From contig NC_079172.1 in NCBI RefSeq assembly GCF_947568905.1, positions 64,790,001-64,854,000 of the forward strand: DNA of 64,000 nucleotides, written 5' to 3'. Under the pieces are notes generated by a model that made no database searches, was not told the origin of the DNA, and saw only the letters and a list, made by a program, of their open reading frames with translations. The DNA comes from Ostrea edulis. Taxonomy: Eukaryota. The position numbers were made by a program, and so were the translations under genes. This document shows positions 40,701 to 50,405 of the stretch, one piece after another (the stretch's first letter is position 1; the number at the start of each line of letters is the position of its first letter).

Positions 40701-43700
40701 ATCGGCAATCATACCCTATTTATAATTAGATTTTTGGTGTTGGGGTCAGGATTAAGCTGTAAACTTGTACACACATATCAGTACTCCATTACATCATATA
40801 TTTCCATATCTACTGTTGTGTCCCACAGTAAGCTTGTCTTCGCCGCTTGCATTTAATTTTCTATAATCGCAATTGCTTCGACTGTAACCGCAATTGTTAC
40901 TCAGAACTTGATCTGAGAGAACTCTTCAATTATAATTACTTTTAAGAGTATATATACTGAATATTACTAAAATGATTAAAATTTAGTGATCATTAAAAAT
41001 ATTCAAAATTAAAATAATTGAAATGTTGATTACTTTTATTACTATTTTTTTTAATCAGTTATAAGCATCGCACATAATTTTGTAATAAAAAAAAAATCTA
41101 GATAAAACACAGGTGTTTCATATCTACACTGTATATTTATCTGTACGCTTTATATACCGGAAGGTTATGGATAACAGCGCTTGGTGATATAGTTCGATAT
41201 TTGACATTTAAACTTTAATTAGACTGATCTTAAGGAGGTATGCTACACCAGAGAAATTTGATATGTATGAAAAGTGGAGAAGGATATGTACAACAATATT
41301 TTGAAATTGAAAACTTTCAAATTTACTTTATTTAGTCAAAAAAAAATGCAGTTTTAGTTGAAAGCAACCTGAGAAAAATTAAAAATCCGTGCTGGACTCG
41401 AACACTCAATCTACAGTTCAACAGTTGACGTGCTAACCTAATGAGCTACTCAGCTAGGCAAGAATTTTTTAAATGAATAGACAAATATTGCTGATATTTA
41501 TATTTTCATCCATGTTTTAAAAGGGAGTCAGCCATTATGACGATGTAGAGTACCTCCTTAAGATAAAAGTTTAAAAGAAATTACTGCTATTACCGTATAC
41601 ATATATGTTAACAATAAAAATTGACAAGTTGTATGAGTTAAATAATAAAACATTACTCAGTCTGAAAAGTTTATTTTTGATGCCTTATCTCAATGCCGAG
41701 GTTGAAGGCAGGGGAATTCAACTGCAAGGGGTAAAACGCAAATATAAGTAATAAACAATGATTATTCAGTGAACATGGAGTTAAGAATAGCAATTGCTCT
41801 GCTGGCATATTTTCCATGATGCGCATTAGCCAATCTGTCAAGTATTGATAACCAGCATATAATGATATTTATCACCATAGTAACTGCTAATCATAATGCC
41901 ATGTTCATTGAATCCAGCGCACAGAAACTATTTGTAATTTTGCGCTTTATTAATGAATAAAATAATAATAATAAATATAGAGATGTCCTATATTTGAACT
42001 GACATTTGTTAAGGGATTACCTGCATGTGTTAGAAATGTATGGAATATTTTATTGTACATTGCGAGTGTAGCAGAGTGTGTAATAAAAATAAGATATGCA
42101 TCATGTAGGTGTCAGCATTATGCCTAGCATATACATGGGAAAAATACTGTAACTCTGAGGGAAAGTGAATGGTCCCAGATTTAAAGTAGAATTTAATTGG
42201 TTCTTTATTGTATAGTGTCTAAATCCCCTTGCATGGTACTCTGATGGAGTGTGGCTTTAGTCGGAATTAGAAAAAATCTAGACAAGAAGGGGGCACATGC
42301 TCATCAGCTCATAGCACTCCAGCACCAGCATGTATGGATCACATATAAATATAATTTATGGTCTAAAGCTACGTACCTAAATGTATACAAAACACATGCA
42401 TTTAGATTAAAGAGAAAACCAAACTTTGATTGATGTTAAACACCCCCCCCCCCACCCACATTTGGCCCAAGCACACATTTAATTTCTATTTTTGTTACAA
42501 TTTGAAGAAAACTCAATTTATAATAATAAATTCTGTTATTATGATAATACAGTAATGTAATATGTGATTCCCTAACAGTTTGTGTTTTCTTTCAAAAAAA
42601 GTTTTTTTTTTATTAAAATAGATAAATCTTGGAAATTAGCCTCCACACCAGCAGCCATGAATGCCCAGTCTGATTAAAACCATCTCACCCCCTTCTCCTT
42701 GTACACTAAATCCACCCCTTTCTCCTTAAACTCGTGCATCAGGTAAGGAGAGAAAAGGGGGTGGGTTAAGGGGGGGGGGGGGGTAAGCAGACTAATGAAT
42801 GCCGGGCCAGGACAGATTAATTGATGCCAGATATGTTCAACTCTTACTGTTAATTTACAGCAAGTAGGAACGACTCAGCTTCTCAAGTTCATTCGCGGCC
42901 CCGGATAGTTGATTTCAAAACAAATCTGTCAATGATGACGCATCAAGGAAAGAACAATCACTGCGATTGGACCGATATTTAAAGGGGCGGGAATAAGAAT
43001 AATTTTAGATGGGCACACATGTCTTTACAATAGCGTGTCATTACATTTTCTTTTAGCACGATGGAAGGGGAAAACCAATACCAACATAAAACAATGACGT
43101 TGATTATAAAATTACATGCCGAGGGTTTATTTTATGGTAAAATCAGTAAGAAATTACGCGTCACAAAGGCCACATGTTATAAAATTGTCGATCATGGGAA
43201 CTCTTGCACCGAAAGTGTTGCCAACGAAGCTCACACCGGATGTACTTCTGTTTATCGAGTATGAAATTAAAAAGAAGTCAAGTGTATATAATAGAGAAAT
43301 CAGACAAAATTTATTAAGAAGAAATATTTGTACCCCTGACAATGTACCATCGGTGTCTTTAATTTGTAGAGCTGCGAGGAATTTTTTAGGAAATGACTTT
43401 CAAGAAACTGCAAACAAAATCCGAAAGAAGCGTATTTCTTCTGAACACAAACGAAGTGTTGAAAACTTCTTTGCTACTGATTTTATTGCAATTTAGGCCG
43501 AGTCAGTTATATATATATATCTATATTTTTGACAAAGCGAGTGTCGTTCGTACAACGCAATCATGGAAATGCAGTTAGGGGTGGACCAGCGATATAGGTT
43601 CAAAGATACGCCAGTAACGCAACATTAACAATCAACCTCTTCTGTGGTTTATTATGACGTTATAGAAGGCGCATCTAATGCTAACGAAATGCGGAATTTC

Positions 43701-46700
43701 TGTAATAATGTGTTACCGGAGAGGGATGGTTTGGGGAATTTAGTTTTTGCTAGAATTCACAAAACTTTCAGTTTTTCATTCAATTAACAGTATCTAACGA
43801 TGGTTACTTACGAAAGTAGAATATCTATTGATCTTATTACTTAATCTGACAAATTTTGATGCACCAGATACACATTTCAACAAATAATGTCTCTTCAGTG
43901 ATGCTCAACCGAAATGTTTGAAACTAATCGATTAACAAGTTAAACAAATGAAAGTGTACATTGAAACTATTAAATGTTTATTAAAATGTATTATTATGTG
44001 CATGGTTTGAAAGTCAGTTGTCTTTTTTTTTTACCACTAAAGTGTAATTGATGTCGGATGACAGAAACTTTTTTTTTTACCCCCTCTTCCCCCTAACTAT
44101 TTGAATTTAGAAATTTTTCTGACATCAATTTTTTTTATCTCTCCCTTATACAATGCTTTGTAAGATTTCGAAAATATCTTCTGAGAGATTTATTTAAAAA
44201 TAACGATATGGAAACTGCGAATGTGAAAGAGACAATAAAACAAAAGCATTGTTCTTAAACGAACAAAATCGCCTATAGAAACATGTACTGAAATTTCTGA
44301 TCACTTAACTGACAAGTATCTACAGGAATTTAAGGGAGCAACCTTTCAATTTTTATTGGGATATAGAGGCAACTGTGGATCCTGCCTTTTCCCGCAGCAT
44401 TTTCGATCCAGTCTTTTTTTTTTCAATATTCAACACTATTTGAATTCTAGGATATTGCCATTCTGCCTTTTCTTTACATATTGGAGCCCGCCTTTTTCAC
44501 CCTGTATCCCGCCTTTTTATTTCAAATTCCTTTCATGCCCCCTCCCATACCTCAGTATTGATACTGTGATGGATTATAAGTATGGCACGTTTATTCCTGT
44601 TTAAAAGATAAAATTTATAAGGTATTACATAAAAGTTATATCTTCTAAAGTTTACGAGATATCTTGTATCTTTTATAAGACATCTTATATTTTTTTTATA
44701 GGATATCCCATTACTTTTATACATGTAGATATCTAGTATATATGATAAACTTTACAAGACATTTTATTAACGTAATCTCAAATCCCCGTTGTCAAATCAA
44801 AACCGATATTGAATCTCATGTACGGTGTAACTTACATTGAAATCAAATAGTGAAACTTACACATGTTAAACACGAGATAATATAATGCCAAATACTTGGG
44901 AACGCCTACCTATAATTTAACCGACCAATCAAAAGCGCTCTTTAAAATCACTCCGGGACTTTCCAATGAACTATCTGGAGCACGTCATGTACTTGCCGAT
45001 ATGTTTCGTTCACACTTACTGTAAATCCACAGTAACAAACAATTGGGTGTTATACACTTGGTTTTGATATCATAAAATATAAATATTTTCTTTCATGAAA
45101 CAACAAATCATGGCATCAAATCGTGAATTTTTCACAACATGACAAACCGCAAACTTTATTTTTTCTAGTCTGCATATGTGGCTACAATAACTTACAGACT
45201 GAATAATCAGGTCGTTTTCAAGATGTAAATACAAGCGTTCGCTGCATTGTTTTCATTGAAACGGAAACACATGCCCCCTGCACACCTTCAGAAAACTCTG
45301 CGGTCGCGATCCCAGTCACAGAAAAAGCATACATAGGCCTATGTGGACTTATCTGTTTTGTTTTCTTTGTTTGGCAAAAAAGATTACTATGAATTTGAAG
45401 TATGTTGGGTTTTTTTTTTTCTTCTTTTTTTTTCAATTTACTCTACCGATGTAACATTCTCAATATATGTGTTTTATGAAGTTACACATAGTTTGTGACT
45501 ATTATATATCGATAATAGTTTTATATATTTTTTGAAAATTAAGGCTGATTATTTCATACATATGTGTATATTATTTTAGTTTATCAAAATGCAAACCGCA
45601 CAGCATGTCCCAATTTTATTTTATCGTAATATAAAAACTACCGAGAATTACGTTATGTATAACACGAATAAGAACCCAGCAAAAAGAAAATTTATTCTAC
45701 TAGTACTTTTACAGGCTGTATTTACTTTTCCCTATTTCCATATATGAATATAGGTAAAACGCCGATCTGTTTAAACATTGAGAAATAAAAGCATAAGAAA
45801 ACTTACATGTGCAAACAATTGCTATTTTCTTATAAGTTTGTCAGGCATTAAAAATAATTTTTATATGTACTGAAAGCAGGGAATATATGCTTTTCAAAAA
45901 TATAAAAAAATGTTGCATTCATGGGGAAAATTTTAATTAAAATCATATCGAGAGGGAAACTGGCCTTGCATCATAACATTGCTTTATATTTAGACAAAGA
46001 TATTTCACTTTAAATGCTTTTACTTAATTGTTTTTCACATAGTTGAAAAATAGAGAAAATTTTCAAAAATATGACATATAGATCATATATCTTATGGCCG
46101 TAGTTTCAGAGATTTAGAGATATTCCTTTTGTGCAGTCCTGTTTTAACGTGCCATCGGTCATATTGACCGGTATGGTAGAGAGAGAGGATTAATCTTCAG
46201 GTAAAATTAACTTAGTCTTCAGGTAAAATTACTTCAGATAAATTTGTTTCAATCTATAGATCCATGTATGTATCAGTAATTATATTTTGAAATTACAAAA
46301 TGATACTGAAGTGACATAATACTGTCAGAGATTCTTGTGTGAGTTGGTGTTCCCTGTCAGAGATTCTTGTGTGAGTTGGTGTTCCCTGTCAGAGATTCTT
46401 GTGTGAGTTGGTGTTCCCTGTCAGAGATTCTCGTGTGGGTTAGTGTTCCCTGTCAGAGATTCTTGTGTGAGTTGGTGTTCCCTGTCAGAGATTCTTGTGT
46501 GAGTTGGTGTTCCCTGTCAGAGATTCTCATGTGAATTGTTTGATTGGAACTCCTCGAATGTCTCGCACACTCGACATAGATCTCAGATGTAATATAATGG
46601 CATCCATTAGGGAATTTGATGCATTGTTAACTATGATGTCACAGCCTACTGCACTATGTTACATACGTCATGGATTACAATGCATCAAATTCTCTCATGG

Positions 46701-49700
46701 ATGTCATCGTATTACATCCGAGATCTAAGTCGAGTGTGCGAGACATTCAAGGAGTGCCGATTGGTGAGTTGTTGCTCCTTGTCAGAGATTCTCATATGAG
46801 TTAGTGTTCCCCGTTAAAGATTCTGGTGTGGGTTGGTGCTCTCTGTCGGTGATTATTGTGCGAGTTTGTGTTCCATGTTAGACTTTCTCGTGTGGGTTGG
46901 TGTTCCTTGTCAGAGATTCTTATGTGAGTTGGTCTGTCAGTGATTATCATGCGAGTTTGTGTTCCCTAGCTGTCAGAGATTCTTGTGTGAGTTTGTGTTC
47001 CCTGTCAGAGATTCACGTGTGAGTTAGTGTTCCTTGTCAGAGATTTTCATGTGAGTTGGAGTTCCTTGTCAGAGATTCTCCTGTGGGTTGGTGTTCCCTG
47101 TCAGAGATTCTTGTGTGGGTTAGTGTTCCCTGTCAGAGATTCTCATGTGAGTTGGTGTTCCCTGTCAGTGATTTTCGTGTGAGTTGGTGCTCTCTGTCAG
47201 AGATTTTTGTGTGGAATAGTGTTCCTTGTCAGAGATTCTCGTGTGGGTTGGTGTTCCTTGTCAGAGATTCTCGTGTGGGTTAGTGTTCCTTGTCAGAGAT
47301 TCTCGTGTGGGTTGGTGTTCCTTGTCAGTGATTCTCATGCGAATTGTTGCTCCATGTGAGTGAGTTTTCTCGTTTTCCATTTTCAGTTGCTTCCTGTCTC
47401 TGCTGATAATAGCCGCGGTACTGTACAAAATCAAACACAAGTACGACATCTACCGCAGAAGGCAGGTGAGTGGTGCAGGGCAAGTGAAAAGTGTTACACT
47501 TTAAAGTAACTTCATACCATCTTTATTTTAAGATGTTTCAAAACAACAGTGTAGATGATTGTGTCCATGTGGCCATAAAACAAAATCAGTTTCAGATGGC
47601 TTGATAGAAGAACGTTTGCTTTAACCTGAGAGGTCATTTAAAAAGTGTGCAGTCATTTGATATCCCGCTTAACGCATGTGTGGAGTCAATTAATATCCCA
47701 CTTTAACACATGCATTTTGTGTCATAATTCAGTTGGATTTTCTGTTGAAAATTGAAAGAAAGTAAGTAATTTTGATGAGTTTTGTTTAGGGAAAGGATGA
47801 GTGGAAACATTGAATAACACTAAACTCACAAACTGTCATGTTCAAACTGTGTAAATATATCAGATCTGTGCTTGATGCCTGCACTCTGTATTTTAGGATT
47901 GAAAAACTGCATGCAAAGACCCATTTTCTGTCAGTTTGATCAAATTACGGTGTAAAGGATGTACTAGTAATAGCATAGTTTAATGATAAATGAGTAGGAA
48001 GATGCCCTGTTTTCAACTCTTTGTTTTGTCTGATCACCCGTAGTCCGGCGTCTGTAAACTTAACATTTTTGACTTCTTCTCAAAAACCACTGGGCCAATT
48101 TCAACCAAAGTTGACACAAAGCATCCTTAGGTAAAGGGGATTCTAAACTGTTAAAATGAAGGGCCAGACCACCTTCCAAGGGGAGATAATCAAGAAAAGG
48201 TAAAAATAGAGTAGGGTCATTAAAAATTTTCTTCTCAAGAACCACTGGGCCAGAAAAGATGAAATTTATAGATAAGCTTTATTAGGTAGTGCAGATTTTA
48301 AATTGTTAAAATCATAGCCCCCTGGGGAAGGGGGTGGCCACAATAGGGGATCAAAGTTTTACATAGAAATATATAGGAAAAATATTTAAAAATCTTCTTC
48401 TCAAGAACCACTGAGCTAAAAAGCTGAGATTTATATGAAAGCATCTTGATATATTGCAGATTCAAGTTTGTTGAAATCATGGCCCCTGGGGGTTGGATGG
48501 GGCCACGATAGGGGATCAAAGTTTTGCATACAAATATATAGGGAAAATCTTTAAAAATCTTCTTCTCAAGAACCACTGAGCCAGAAAAGCTGAGATTTAC
48601 ATGAAAGCTTTCAGACATAGTGCAGATTCAAGTTTGTTCAAATCATGGCCCCTGGGGGTAGGATGGGGCAACAAGGGGGATCAAAGTTTTACATGCAAAT
48701 ATATAGGAAAAATCTTTAAAAATCTTCTCAAGAACCATTGGGCCAAAGAAGTTGACATTTACATGAAAGCTTTCTGACATAGTGTAGATTCAAGTTTGCA
48801 AAAATCATGGTCTCCGGGGGTAGGTTGGGGCCATAATAGGGACTACGGTTTTACATGCAAATATATATGGAAAGTCTTTTGATATGGGCCAAGGTGACTC
48901 AGGTGAGTGATGTGGCCCATGGGCCTCTTGTTTTCTATTGTAAAATGCATTTTGTGACATTCCTGATATTATCTTTGTTTTGCTGATATACAATAGAAAC
49001 TGTACCTGCTTCTTATGAACAGCATTTTAAGAAATGTTGAAGTCAGAACTTGGAATACTTTGTCTTATCTTACACAAAATAAGTGTCATAATATTAAGAG
49101 ACACCCTGTATATCATCTCCTGCACAGAACAAGTGCCATGATATTGTGAGACACCCTGTATATACATCTAAGTGTCATGATATTATGAGACACCCTGTAT
49201 ATACATCACCAGCACAAAATAAGTGTTGTGATATTTTTGGACACCCTGTATATACATGTACATCTCCTGCACAATAGCCCATAATTAATGTGTACCCATG
49301 ATTAATGATGGGGTCAACAAATCAGTCTTTAACAACTTGGGTAGCTTGTATATTGTGACACACATTTGTTAATAGGTCTAATTTTTATGTGGCTAGGCTA
49401 TTTAGGCCTAATTAATTCTAAGTTTGGAAAAAAGAATACATCAAGGTCAACATTTTTGTTGCATATTATACACACGATGTGCATTTTTTTCTCAAAAAGG
49501 CGGGTGTGTATTAAATACGAATGCGTATTATATTCAGCCACATACAGTATTTACATTTTACAATATTCACACTTTACATTATTCACACTTTATATTCACT
49601 TTTTACATTATTTACAGTTTACATTATTCACATTTAACATTGTTCACACTTTACATTATTTACACTTTATTATCCATAGTACAATTTACATTATTCACAG

Positions 49701-50370
49701 TTTAAATTATTCACACTTTATATTATTCACACTTTACACTACTTACAGTGTACATTACTTACAGTTTACATTATTCATACTTTACATTATTTAATTCACG
49801 CTTTACATTGATTCAGTTACATTTTACGTACTTTTCAGGTGAAGTTTTTTGTGTGTGTGTAGATTTTAGTGACTAACTAATGTGTGACTTTAAACATTTG
49901 ACAGCGTATGATGGTGGAAATGGAGGAGATGGCTAGTCGACCATTTTCCTCCATCACGGTGGAGATTGACAGGAAATATGAGCAGATAGGAGCCGAGAAG
50001 AAAGAAATGGACCTCAGAAAGCGAAAAAAGGTATTTCGCGAGTGAAAGGAGTATGTTGTTTTAAGAAAGCGTGATCTATCATTGTCAAATATACAAGCAT
50101 GGTTTTGTAACACTATATGAATATATACCAGGGCATTTTTCTTGATGTTGTGTGCTTTGTCATCACTACCTGAAGTTTTATATATGTATATAAGAATGAG
50201 ACACACTACCAGAAGTTTTATATATGTATGTATAGATAAGATAAGATAAGATAAATTTATTCCAATTTTGGGCCCAGAGGGCATAACAGTAAGACATTTT
50301 ATAAAGAAGGAAATTCAAAAAGAAAGAAAGTTTACAACATTAACTACAGGTTACATAGACTGCAAACTGA

Positions 50371-50405
<35 letters not shown>

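Larger units (their letters stand above)
37953..46189. mobile_element. ~8.2-kb degenerate piggyBac-like TTAA element filled with nested insertions
   Basis: TTAA|ccctttctctaccggcac...gtgcc...ggtagagagagagga|TTAA; it splits a 22-bp tandem repeat whose units continue on both sides. Confidence 0.6.

Noticed and set aside
40487-40712. Short Cys-containing minus-strand ORFs
   Set aside because: I recognised no domain or splice context. They are probably TE debris and need a profile search.
40112-41458. Reversed tRNA-like segments at 40112-40177 and 41387-41458
   Set aside because: They are degenerate and embedded in repeat elements, with poor stem pairing.
49877-50284. 135-aa minus-strand ORF
   Set aside because: It is the antisense shadow of ATRN exon Z plus low-complexity intron.
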